From Gemmatimonadota bacterium (GTDB lineage Bacteria; Gemmatimonadota; Gemmatimonadetes; Gemmatimonadales; GWC2-71-9): a stretch of 64,000 bases of DNA. The position numbers and the translations under genes are program-made. This document shows positions 39,101 to 46,220 of this stretch, piece by piece. Position 1 is the first letter of the stretch, and each line of letters begins with the position of its first letter. The notes under the pieces are model-generated. The model had not been told where the DNA came from, searched no databases, and saw nothing but the letters and a program-made list of their open reading frames with translations. The stretch spans positions 18,133 to 82,132 of the forward strand of contig JBKPAO010000123.1 in the NCBI GenBank assembly GCA_046726475.1, given 5' to 3'.

Positions 39101-39121
39101 CAGGAGCAACCCGACGATCAC
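36113..39121 (-). CDS. M1-family zinc metallopeptidase fused to a large C-terminal beta-barrel-like domain
   Basis: HELGHNY...WLDEGFTSF is the gluzincin HExxH-18-E motif within an aminopeptidase-N-like N-terminal half. The ~450 aa C-terminal half is Gly/aromatic-rich with alternating beta-pattern and ends ...FEFRWVFSFEPEF (terminal Phe). The start is GTG 39121, the first start codon after an in-frame TAA. Confidence 0.8.
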   Translation of the reverse strand: MIVGLLLLVQQTSSNPTGYWQQQVAYEISARLDESRGVLSGTERIHYVNRSPDTLTTFSLHLYLNAFRPGSRWADADSVEGRRRFNDLKDPDFAYNHVRQVRIGGTQVQAIYPFAPDSTIVRFILPHPLAPGDSISADLAWDARPSTTPRRQGRQGRRFDFAQWYPKVVVYDRYGWEEHPLYPAGEFYGEFASFLVDLDVPQDQVIGATGVPVCGDPGWERANQDQSKKVEYQRDFYGARTPVSDCAGAGPGRKRIRWYAEDVHHFALSLNPQYRYEGGHFGNVAVHVLYQPGDEVTWGNGFAVQRTETALTWLDQLFGPFAWPQITNVHRIEGGGTEFPMMIMNGSADQGLIVHELGHNYTMGILANNEWKEGWLDEGFTSFQTDWFWEVMGRPPAYQAIETGILQLDIDGYSEPPSLRGEAYRDFNSYNTAIYTRGELFFMQLRYIVGSGTMYRILQTFYQRWKLKHVDEAAFREVAEEVSHRELGTFFAQWLHSTMLYDYAVGRVRTEKVDSAAEQRDSGRAGQGWTTRVEVVRKAEGRIPVEVAVVAARDTALVRADGSAEREWVELVTESKPMEVVLDPRLRTHDWNVLNNRKRLGWSPSRLLSPPGTDFYFHPYFSTRSRRDQLTVGLQPTVWYNDAGGVTIGIRSRSDYLGRFEENQALLSRSTGWGADDDVKDTDFFLRARNPVFLRAPNLSQTFDAFKIEGRYGAAATIEWSRRDHLSFGPERTRRVSLLWVATDDLRYLDPGFYDDVGIVELQLGNGVTNQSGKWQLSARSSLGAGLAYNRQGLAASGRPDLSPFYFRGFIEATGRRDLGHGLGFGARAYLGAGVGSQDAAKQRQVYFQGSDPLDQLYNPFLRSRGALLVGDDFNYQAPGGAGVRGVDPHLSTAAIVAFNLELEHTLLTQPSAHLFRRVSAALFTDLSHGIGGMSQAPPDGPVRFLGDVGFGLRAEHRIGDTEFMTRIDFPLYISRPELARDQAPGDDKFEFRWVFSFEPEF

Positions 39122-39271
39122 GCGGGCGCTTGAAGTCGGGTGTTGCTGGAAGCATTACACATCGGTCGGAAACATAGGTGCCGACTGGAGAATTTGGCAC
39201 CATCGCGCGCGGCTCGGATTCAACACGGTGCCGCCTGCCGCAGTAGCGTTGGCCTCGAGCTCAGCCGGAAA

Positions 39272-39773
39272 TCAATTGATCAAACGATGGCAGATACCTA
39301 TCTCTCGCTGCGGGTTCATCTGGTGTGGGCCACCAAGAATCGAAGACCCTGGCTCGATCCGGAATGGAGGCCCAGGCTATACGCGTACGCGGCAGCGGTG
39401 ATCGCCCGGCGGGGCGGAGAGCTTTTTACCGCCGGAGGTACGCGCGATCACATTCATCTCTACTTGGAGCCTCCCATCACTCTGGCATTGGCTGATCTGG
39501 TCACGAGCATCAAGGCGACCACGTCCAAGTGGATCCATGACAGCTTCCCACATCGGCGCGATTTCCGGTGGCAGCATGGCTATGGCGCATTCAGCGTCAC
39601 GCCGTTTGACGACGCGTACATCCGGGATTACATCCGCAACCAGGAGCTGCACCATAAGGACAATCGCTTTGCCGGGGAATACCGTAACATTCTCGACCGC
39701 CACGGGGTCACGTATGATCCTGCCCACATCTCGGATTGAACGCCAAATTCATTGAACCGCTTTGATCGATTGA
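39272..39773 (+). mobile_element. Compact IS200-like unit: a Y1 transposase gene bracketed by a 13-nt imperfect inverted repeat
   Basis: TCAATTGATCAAA (39272-39284) pairs with TTTGATCGATTGA (39761-39773, reverse complement TCAATCGATCAAA; 12/13 match). GC looks locally lower. No tnpB is present. Confidence 0.45.
39287..39739 (+). CDS. tnpA: IS200/IS605-family Y1 (HUH) transposase-like protein, solitary (RAYT-like)
   Basis: LRVHLVWATKNRRPWL, the HUH motif DHIHLYL, and the catalytic-Tyr helix IRDYIRNQ (compare IS608 TnpA KQYIENQ). 150 aa from ATG 39287. Confidence 0.85.
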   Translation: MADTYLSLRVHLVWATKNRRPWLDPEWRPRLYAYAAAVIARRGGELFTAGGTRDHIHLYLEPPITLALADLVTSIKATTSKWIHDSFPHRRDFRWQHGYGAFSVTPFDDAYIRDYIRNQELHHKDNRFAGEYRNILDRHGVTYDPAHISD

Positions 39774-39807
39774 ACCAAGTCGACGCGCACGGCGCATTCG
39801 ATCACAA

Positions 39808-39833
39808 AAGGGCCACCCGCGAGGGTGGCCCTT
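39808..39833 (-). terminator. Rho-independent terminator after atpH
   Basis: The minus-strand RNA reads AAGGGCCACCC-UCGC-GGGUGGCCCUU followed by UUGUGAU. The stem is 11 bp and lies 58 nt downstream of the atpH stop. Confidence 0.75.
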
Positions 39834-39891
39834 GGATGACATCCGATATGTTTGCGATGAGACGCGAAGCGTCGCGCGTGCGTACCGTCGC

Positions 39892-40425
39892 CTACGATAC
39901 CAATTGCCGGCGGAGCTTCGTCATTCGCCGCCGCACCGAGCCGTCCAGTACACGCTCGCCCACCCGCACGACCGCACCACCGAGAATCTCCGGATCCACC
40001 GCGAACGCGGGAATCACCTGCTTCCCGAGCTGCCGGCTGAGCAAATCCTGGATGGTTCGCTTCAATTTTTCGTCCGGGGTCCTCGCCAAGGTCACACCCG
40101 CCCGCACCCGGTCGAGCTTTCGATCCAGCAGGTTCAGGTATTCCGTAGCAACCTCCCGCAGCAGCTGTTGCCGGCCACGCTTCACCATAGCTTGGAGGAA
40201 TAGCCCGAACTCACGAGGCGCTTCCCGCAGCGCGCCACCCAGGATCCTTGCCTTCTCCGTCTTTGGAACCTTGGGTGACATAAGCACCGCCTGCACTCGC
40301 GGTGTCTGCTCCACCGCCGCTGCGACCGCGTCGAGCAGGTCCACGTACCGTTCGGTGTTCCCGCTGCGCTCGCCGAGCTGAAATAGCGCTTCCGCGTAAT
40401 TGCGGGCGATCGTTTCGTTTCTCAA
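39892..40425 (-). CDS. atpH: F-type ATP synthase subunit delta (OSCP)
   Basis: The N-terminus IARNYAEALF.L......... is typical of OSCP. 177 aa, positioned after atpF, with a 4-nt overlap. Confidence 0.88.
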   Translation of the reverse strand: MRNETIARNYAEALFQLGERSGNTERYVDLLDAVAAAVEQTPRVQAVLMSPKVPKTEKARILGGALREAPREFGLFLQAMVKRGRQQLLREVATEYLNLLDRKLDRVRAGVTLARTPDEKLKRTIQDLLSRQLGKQVIPAFAVDPEILGGAVVRVGERVLDGSVRRRMTKLRRQLVS

Positions 40426-40961
40426 TGCTGCGCGCCCAGGCCGGAGAGATATTCCTGGACGATCCTGCGATCGTTCTCCGAGTTGAGCCGCTCGCTGATC
40501 AGCTTGCTGGCCGCCGCCAGTGAAAGGTCAACCGCCTCACGCCGGAGCTCGACCACCGCCCGCTCGCGCTCCAACTGGATGTCGCGCCGGGCCCGCTCCA
40601 GGAGCTCCTCCTGTTCCTGCCGGGTCTTCTCCATTGCGAGTGCCCGCTCCTTTTCCGCCGCAGCGCGAGCCTCCGCGAGTAATGCGTGGGCCGATGCTCT
40701 GCCTTCAGCCAGCAGTTTCTCATGTCGCGCCAGCAGCTCCGCCGCCTCTCGTCGATTCCGCTCCGCCTCGGCCAGCTGCTCCTCTAGCGCGCGCTCCCGG
40801 GCCTCGACCGCACCGAGTACCGCCGGCCAGGCGAACTTTCTTAGGATGACGAGCAGTGCCACGAAGACGACGACGGTCCAGATCATCAGCCCAGGCTCGA
40901 CCGAGAGCGGACCGCGGGCCGCGGGCTCCTGCATGAGGGCAAAGGTGACGAACAGTGACAT
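40422..40961 (-). CDS. atpF: F-type ATP synthase subunit b
   Basis: A single N-terminal TM segment followed by a long charged coiled coil (EARERALEEQLAEAERNRREAAELLA...). Supported by its position in the operon. Confidence 0.88.
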   Translation of the reverse strand: MSLFVTFALMQEPAARGPLSVEPGLMIWTVVVFVALLVILRKFAWPAVLGAVEARERALEEQLAEAERNRREAAELLARHEKLLAEGRASAHALLAEARAAAEKERALAMEKTRQEQEELLERARRDIQLERERAVVELRREAVDLSLAAASKLISERLNSENDRRIVQEYLSGLGAQH

Positions 40962-40971
40962 GGTGACTCCA

Positions 40972-41049
40972 GTCTAGAGTCTAGGGTCTAGAGTCATTGG
41001 ATGCGGTATACATCCCGATCCCGCAGACTCTCGACCCTGGACCCTGGAC
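40972..41049. repeat. Inverted heptamer arrays (GTCTAGA family) forming a hairpin between atpE and atpF
   Basis: Left arm: GTCTAGA GTCTAGG GTCTAGA GTC. Right arm: GAC TCTCGAC CCTGGAC CCTGGAC. 20 of 24 positions are Watson-Crick. The 30-nt spacer contains GGATG-N7-CATCC. Confidence 0.9.
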
Positions 41050-41052
41050 GAT

Positions 41053-41331
41053 CTAAAACGTGATCTTGCTCTGAATGAGAAATCCAATAACCGCCACGAA
41101 CAGTGCAACGCCTTCGATCAGTGCCGCCGCGATGATCATGGCGGTCTGAATCCTTGCCGTGGCATCGGGCTGGCGGGCGATACCCTCGGTCGCCGAGCCA
41201 CCGATACGACCGATACCGATGCCGGCGCCCAGCACGGCGAGTCCAGCAGCCAGACCGGCGCCGATGAGACCGTAGCCTTTGCCGGCGGTCGCCGCGGCGG
41301 TTTCCTGAAGCAGAGCGAGCATGGACAGCAT
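41053..41331 (-). CDS. atpE: F-type ATP synthase subunit c
   Basis: GLIGAGLAAGLAVLGAGIGIGRIGGSATEGIARQPDA......AMIIAAALIEGVALFVAVIGFL is a canonical c-subunit hairpin. The start is ATG 41331 or 41322. Confidence 0.92.
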   Translation of the reverse strand: MLSMLALLQETAAATAGKGYGLIGAGLAAGLAVLGAGIGIGRIGGSATEGIARQPDATARIQTAMIIAAALIEGVALFVAVIGFLIQSKITF

Positions 41332-41551
41332 GTGTGAACTCCATAGCGTGTGCGGGAGACCCGAAATCTCTCTGCGCTCGCCATGCATCGCCGGTCTCCC
41401 AAACCGGATTTGCCCTGGCTACCCGCCATCGTCCCAACCCTCGAGTCGGAACAGCGGGCTTCGTCCGCCATTCGGCGGAGTACTCTAGTTCGGCCGGCAG
41501 GAGCGCCCTAGCGACCGAAAGGTTCTGCTTCCTTGCTGCGTTGTTGCCCCG

Positions 41552-42550
41552 CTAGTGTTCCGCCCTCATCAACCCAATGAACACTGCCGTCAGCAGGGTG
41601 AACACGAACGCCTGCAGAAACGCCACGAAGACCTCGAGCAACATGACGCCGGTGGCGAGCAGCGATGCGCCGACTCCCACCAAGTAGCTTTGGAATAGAA
41701 ACGTCAGGCCGAGCAGCGCCAGCACCAACACGTGACCCGAAGTCATGTTGGCGAAGAGTCGCACCGCCAGTGCGAACGGCTTGGCCAGCTTGCCGATGAT
41801 CTCGATCGGGGTCATGACCACCAGCAAGAGCACCTTGAGAAGGGTCCCACCCACGCCGCCCGGCAAGCCAGGGGGAAGGTAGAAGATGGTCTTCATATAG
41901 CCCTTGAATCCCAGGGCCCGCATGCCGGTCACTTCGATGACCAGAAATGCGATGAGCGCGAGCGCTGCGGTCACTGCGATGTTGCTGGTCGCGGTGGCAC
42001 CCCAGGGCAAAAGCCCCAGCAGGTTCATCGCGAGAATGAAGAAGAACACCGTCAGCAGGAAGGGGGCATAGCCTTCGCCGTGATGCCCGACATTAGGAAG
42101 GACCACTTCCTGCCGGACCCAGAGCGCCATGGCTTCCATCGCTCCGGCAAATCCCATGGGCGGCCGACCTCGAGCCTGGGCTCGAGCGATCGCCCGGCCG
42201 CTGGGAATGAAAACCAGGGCGACCAGGGCGGCAGCCAACAGCATGTAGACGAGATGGCGGGTGGGCGAGAGGTCGAGATAGCGCGGCTGCCCCTCGGCAT
42301 CGGTCCCCAGCCTGATCTTCCAGTTCTCGGGCAGGTGAATGACCCCGAACGGCGTCTCTACCTCGTGCGCGTCTCCTATATGGTGGGCGATGTCGATCTG
42401 GTTTTGGTTCGCCTCGTGCTGGTTGTTGGGTGCAACCACCTCACGTCCAACCTCGTGGGCCGGTTCCTGAGCCGATACCGAACCGCTGAGACCCCCACTG
42501 GCAAGTGCCAACGCGCCTATTGTCATTATCCTGCTGAATCGCTGCCTCAT
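41552..42550 (-). CDS. atpB: F-type ATP synthase subunit a
   Basis: The conserved C-terminal part is LAVRLFANMTSGH.....L. ATG 42550 overlaps the atpI-like stop (ATGA). There is a long N-terminal extension with a signal-like segment. Confidence 0.9.
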   Translation of the reverse strand: MRQRFSRIMTIGALALASGGLSGSVSAQEPAHEVGREVVAPNNQHEANQNQIDIAHHIGDAHEVETPFGVIHLPENWKIRLGTDAEGQPRYLDLSPTRHLVYMLLAAALVALVFIPSGRAIARAQARGRPPMGFAGAMEAMALWVRQEVVLPNVGHHGEGYAPFLLTVFFFILAMNLLGLLPWGATATSNIAVTAALALIAFLVIEVTGMRALGFKGYMKTIFYLPPGLPGGVGGTLLKVLLLVVMTPIEIIGKLAKPFALAVRLFANMTSGHVLVLALLGLTFLFQSYLVGVGASLLATGVMLLEVFVAFLQAFVFTLLTAVFIGLMRAEH

Positions 42551-42912
42551 CCCTTGTCCCTGGAATGTTTTCGCACCGCCGTGACTGCCTCCACCAGCAG
42601 CAGCGCCAAGAGCGTCACCACTAATGTGAGGAGCATTGACCCGCTGTCCCACCGGTAGACCGGAGCAAGGATCAGTGCTGCAGCGGCCACGATCAGAAGC
42701 CTGATGAGCATCCCCCCGACCCATGCGAACTGGAACCGCTCGGTCCCAATACTCCGTAGCGTCCACCAGCCGAGTGGAGCCTGGACCAGAAGTCCAGCGA
42801 CCACGCCGGCGGCGATCTCCTGGCGAAAACGGGGTGGGGCGAAAACCATCACGAACGCACCGAGGACGGCAACCGCCAGGAGTCCGATCACATACTGGCG
42901 AGAGGCGGTCAC
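42547..42912 (-). CDS. atpI: ATP synthase protein I-like membrane protein
   Basis: Four hydrophobic segments, positioned immediately upstream of atpB. GTG 42912 overlaps the atpZ stop (GTGA). Confidence 0.6.
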   Translation of the reverse strand: MTASRQYVIGLLAVAVLGAFVMVFAPPRFRQEIAAGVVAGLLVQAPLGWWTLRSIGTERFQFAWVGGMLIRLLIVAAAALILAPVYRWDSGSMLLTLVVTLLALLLVEAVTAVRKHSRDKG

Positions 42913-43172
42913 TCGCCCCCATCCTTTCGTCCTAGTGACCGTATCAGCCAATACATGGTACCGCCAAAACCCAGGAACGCTGCCACCACCGTAAGCACTC
43001 CACCGGTGCCCAGCTTCCGGTCGGCCCATTGGCCGATCCAGACGAAGACCAGCAGGCTGACCGCGAGCTGGACGCCGAGACCGGCGTACTTCATCGCACC
43101 CGGCGCCCGTTTGCCGGGCCCTTCGGGGGTGTTCACGGGCGCTAACCTATCCGCTTGTGAAAAGTTTCGCAA
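42909..43172 (-). CDS. atpZ: AtpZ/AtpI family small membrane protein (ATPase_gene1-like)
   Basis: MKYAGLGVQLAVSLLVFVWIGQWADRKLGTGGVLTVVAAFLGFGGTMYWLIR is typical of the family. The start may be ATG 43094 rather than 43172. Confidence 0.7.
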   Translation of the reverse strand: MRNFSQADRLAPVNTPEGPGKRAPGAMKYAGLGVQLAVSLLVFVWIGQWADRKLGTGGVLTVVAAFLGFGGTMYWLIRSLGRKDGGE

Positions 43173-43173
43173 T

Positions 43174-43383
43174 GTCAGATGTCGGTCGTCTGACGTCAGT
43201 CATCAGTCACCAGTCGCCAGTGTCGGTTTGGCTCCCGAGTGGTGGTCCTAGTTTCCAACAGCTCGCTGGCCTGCCGGATGGCGAACACCGAGACGCTCGA
43301 ACCATCCGGACTGCCGGATCAACCCAGCTGACGGATATAACGACTGCAGACTGACGATTGATGACTGACCTCTGACGACTGAC
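43174..43383. repeat. Inverted CAGTCAC / GACTGAC heptamer arrays flanking a ~115-nt spacer
   Basis: Left arm 43174-43226 is ...GTCTGAC GTCAGTCAT CAGTCAC CAGTCGC CAGTGTC. Right arm 43342-43383 is GACTGCA GACTGAC GATTGAT GACTGAC CTCTGAC GACTGAC. The spacer contains the hairpin CCGGATGG-N20-CCATCCGG (43274-43309). Confidence 0.85.
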
Positions 43384-43444
43384 CCCAACTAGCATCCGCC
43401 TCCCGACCCGGGTAAATCTCAGCCATGAATCCGAGAATGCACCC

Positions 43445-44458
43445 ATGACCGCCACCCAAGCGGCGCCGCATGACGACGTCCAGCAGCTGGAACGCCTGGT
43501 CGGTGCCGTTACTCGGCTCAAGAGCCAGGTTGCGCAGCGCATCGTCGGGCAGGAAGACGTGGTAGACGGGATTCTCACCGCGGTACTTGCCGGCGGCCAC
43601 GCGCTGCTCATCGGCGTTCCCGGCCTGGCCAAAACGCTCATGGTCCAGACGGTGGCAGAGGCGCTCGACCTCAGCTTCAACCGGGTGCAGTTCACCCCCG
43701 ATCTCATGCCGAGTGACATCACAGGGACCGAGATCATCGAGGAGGATCTGACCACCGGCCGGCGCGCCTTTCGCTTCGTACAGGGTCCGATTTTCGCCAA
43801 CGTCGTGCTCGCCGACGAGATCAACCGCACGCCGCCAAAGACTCAAGCCGCGCTGCTCCAGGCGATGCAGGAGCATCAGGTTACCGCCGCCGGCACGACC
43901 TACCGGTTGCCCGACCCTTTTTTCGTGCTCGCGACCCAGAACCCCATCGAGCAAGAGGGTACCTACCCGCTGCCCGAGGCGCAGCTCGACCGCTTCATGC
44001 TGGAGCTCCGGGTGAGCTACCCCAGCAAGCAGGAAGAGGAAGCGATCGTCGAGCAGACTACCGGTACCAGCCGCGCAGGGTTGCATCCCGTCCTCGACGC
44101 GGCATCGGTGCTTTCAATGCAGTCGTTGGTGCGACGGATCCCGGTCTCGCGAGGACTGATCCGGGCAGCGGTCACCCTGGCCCGGATGACTCGGCCGGGC
44201 GACGGCGATGCACCTGGGTTCATCAAGGAATATGTGGAATGGGGCGCCGGACCGCGCGCGTCACAGTACCTGGTACTCGGCGCCAAAGCGCGCGCCGCGA
44301 TCGCCGGGCGTCCCATGGCCGACCTTGAGGACGTGCGCGGCGTCGCTGCCTCGGTTCTACGCCACCGGCTGGTCACTAACTTCGCCGCCGAAGCAGCCGA
44401 CCGTACCAGTGACGATCTGGTGCGCGAGCTGATGGGGGGGAAGGGATGGTTGGGGTAA
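43445..44458 (+). CDS. MoxR-family AAA+ ATPase
   Basis: IVGQEDVVDGILTAVLAGGHALLIGVPGLAKT.....A.AL.L.F.R.QFTPDLMPSDITG, LADEINR.PPKTQ.ALL.AM.E..V. Confidence 0.9.
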   Translation: MTATQAAPHDDVQQLERLVGAVTRLKSQVAQRIVGQEDVVDGILTAVLAGGHALLIGVPGLAKTLMVQTVAEALDLSFNRVQFTPDLMPSDITGTEIIEEDLTTGRRAFRFVQGPIFANVVLADEINRTPPKTQAALLQAMQEHQVTAAGTTYRLPDPFFVLATQNPIEQEGTYPLPEAQLDRFMLELRVSYPSKQEEEAIVEQTTGTSRAGLHPVLDAASVLSMQSLVRRIPVSRGLIRAAVTLARMTRPGDGDAPGFIKEYVEWGAGPRASQYLVLGAKARAAIAGRPMADLEDVRGVAASVLRHRLVTNFAAEAADRTSDDLVRELMGGKGWLG

Positions 44459-44638
44459 GCGGGGAAGCGGGACCGAGGATCAATAGATCATCAGTAAAGA
44501 AAGAAGCCCGGCCAACTTGACCGGGCTTCTCGATTGTTCTGAGCACATTCCTCGGCTCGCGGTAAGGCGGTTCGTTCACTGATCTGACATCTAGACCGCC
44601 CAACCAACTATTTCCCCGCTTTCCGCTTCCCCGCTTAC
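44455..44638. repeat. Perfect 16-nt inverted repeat (GTAAGCGGGGAAGCGG; GGGGAAGC family) bracketing a bidirectional terminator
   Basis: 44455-44470 is the exact reverse complement of 44623-44638. Each arm contains the TAA stop of one of the two convergent genes. Confidence 0.9.
44503..44529. terminator. Bidirectional rho-independent terminator between the moxR-like and lipoprotein genes
   Basis: GAAGCCCGG-N9-CCGGGCTTC. The minus-strand RNA is followed by UUUCUUUACU, and the plus-strand RNA by UCGAUUGUUCU. Confidence 0.65.
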
Positions 44639-45738
44639 GCCGGCTGCGAGAAAAACGCTCCGACCGGTGCCAGCATCTGATCGAACGCAATGAACGCGGC
44701 GGCCTGCAGCTGGAAGACGCCGTCTAGCGCGACCAGCTCGTCATCCGAAAGCGGCGTTCCGTCGGCGCGGGTAATCGTCGTGGTGGTGCCGTTGGTTGTG
44801 ATCGTCGCGAAGGCAGTGCCGTTGATCCGGACGTTGAGGGTGCCGCTAGTCTCCGCGAACTGTCCGGTCATCGTCACCGTGCCGTTGGGACCGCGCATCG
44901 AGAGATTGATGTTGATCGGGCTGTCCGGCACGCTCACATCGGCCACGCTCACCGTCAGGCTGATCGAGACGTCGCGATCCGGCATAGTGAGCGAGTAGGT
45001 CAGCGTCAGACCGGCGGTGACCGTGATGGTGGACTGGAGATTGATGTTGGCCTGGGTGACACCGTCGGTGACGTACCCAATCACGGTGACCCGGCCGCTG
45101 GTCGCGCCGCTGCTGGCGCTCACGGTGTAGTCGATGTAGGTCGTCGACCCCGATATCACCTGCACTCGTGCCGCCTGGGTGGTTCCGACGCTCACATCGG
45201 TGATGTCCACGTGGCCGGTTTCGACCAGCGGTTCCACCGGCAGATATGTCACCGGATCTACCGCGTACAGCAGGAAGCGCACGCCATTGGATGGGGCGCC
45301 GGTGATGTCCGAAGCGACATAGCTCCCGGTGCCGATGTCATAGACGAAGGTCTTCCCCGCGACTGCTGTCGGGACCCCCATCATCGAAGCGCTCAGCCCG
45401 TCGCGGTCCTTCTTGATGAGTGTCGCCGCCAGCCGCCGCGCTGCGCGAGCCGCCGCCACCCTGATGCCTTGGGCTCCGCCGCCCCGCACATCGATCGCGA
45501 CCGCCGAGGTCGAGATGATGGGTGCACCGCCTAGCGCCGCATCGAACATCAGGCTGAACGTTGAAAAGCTGGCGAAGGCCGGGGAGGCGAATGTCGAATT
45601 CATCGCCTCGAGGTCGGTCGAGGTACCATTGGGATTGAATGGCGCGTCAGGACTCGACTCACTGCCGCAGCCTGTCAGGGTAAGAGAGACCAGCGCCACC
45701 GCCACGACAGATCGCTTGGCGAATTGCAGCACACGCAT
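44635..45738 (-). CDS. Hypothetical lipoprotein
   Basis: GGAGG lies 9 nt upstream of ATG 45738. The signal peptide plus lipobox is MRVLQFAKRSVVAVALVSLTLTGC. The body is Thr/Val-rich and beta-type. No family recognised. Confidence 0.6.
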   Translation of the reverse strand: MRVLQFAKRSVVAVALVSLTLTGCGSESSPDAPFNPNGTSTDLEAMNSTFASPAFASFSTFSLMFDAALGGAPIISTSAVAIDVRGGGAQGIRVAAARAARRLAATLIKKDRDGLSASMMGVPTAVAGKTFVYDIGTGSYVASDITGAPSNGVRFLLYAVDPVTYLPVEPLVETGHVDITDVSVGTTQAARVQVISGSTTYIDYTVSASSGATSGRVTVIGYVTDGVTQANINLQSTITVTAGLTLTYSLTMPDRDVSISLTVSVADVSVPDSPININLSMRGPNGTVTMTGQFAETSGTLNVRINGTAFATITTNGTTTTITRADGTPLSDDELVALDGVFQLQAAAFIAFDQMLAPVGAFFSQPA

Positions 45739-45922
45739 GGGTTCCGCCTCCATCCTCAGGAGCCAGTTGAGGCAGTCCGGTCGTCGGACTACCGGTCGAA
45801 AGCCGTCAAACGGGGGATTTGAGCGCTTTTCGGGGGTGCCGCAGGCCACCGCGGAAGCGGCGGCCCAGGACTGATGCGGGATAAGGCAACGGCTATGCCA
45901 AAAGCTGCAGGTACGTGAGTTG

Positions 45923-46109
45923 GAAGCTGGGAGCTAGGAGCTAGGACCTGGGAGCCGGGAGGTGGGCGCTGCTGGGAGCTGAGCTGAGCTGAACGTTACC
46001 TGCCTGGCGTCGAGCAGCTTCCGAATGTCGAAAGGAAGACGGGATCGCTCGATGGCCTCGCTCCCGACTCCTAGCTCCTAGCTCCCAGCTCCTGACTCCT
46101 ATCCTCCAC
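45923..46109. repeat. Inverted GGAGCTA / CTCCTAG heptamer arrays
   Basis: Left arm 45923-45993 is GAAGCTG GGAGCTA GGAGCTA GGACCTG GGAGCCG GGAGGTG ... GGAGCTGAGCTGAGCTG. Right arm 46061-46109 is CTCCCGA CTCCTAG CTCCTAG CTCCCAG CTCCTGA CTCCTAT CCTCCAC. Confidence 0.9.
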
Positions 46110-46220
46110 GGGTAACCCCGCAGCCTGCCAGGCGGCCCAGCCGCCCACCAGGGCACGCGCCTTGGGCCAGCCTGCCGCTCGAAGCTCTCGCGCCACCCGG
46201 GCGCTTGTGGCTTCGTCCTT
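46071..46220 (-). other. In-frame continuation of the rhodanese domain beyond the TGA at 46221-46223 (49 codons plus TAG)
   Basis: Same frame as the antiporter ORF. It reads KDEATSARVARELRAAGWPKARALVGGWAAWQAAGLPVEDRSQELGARS*, which is the expected second half of a rhodanese fold (..A..L...G......L.GG..AW...G.PVE). Confidence 0.7.
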
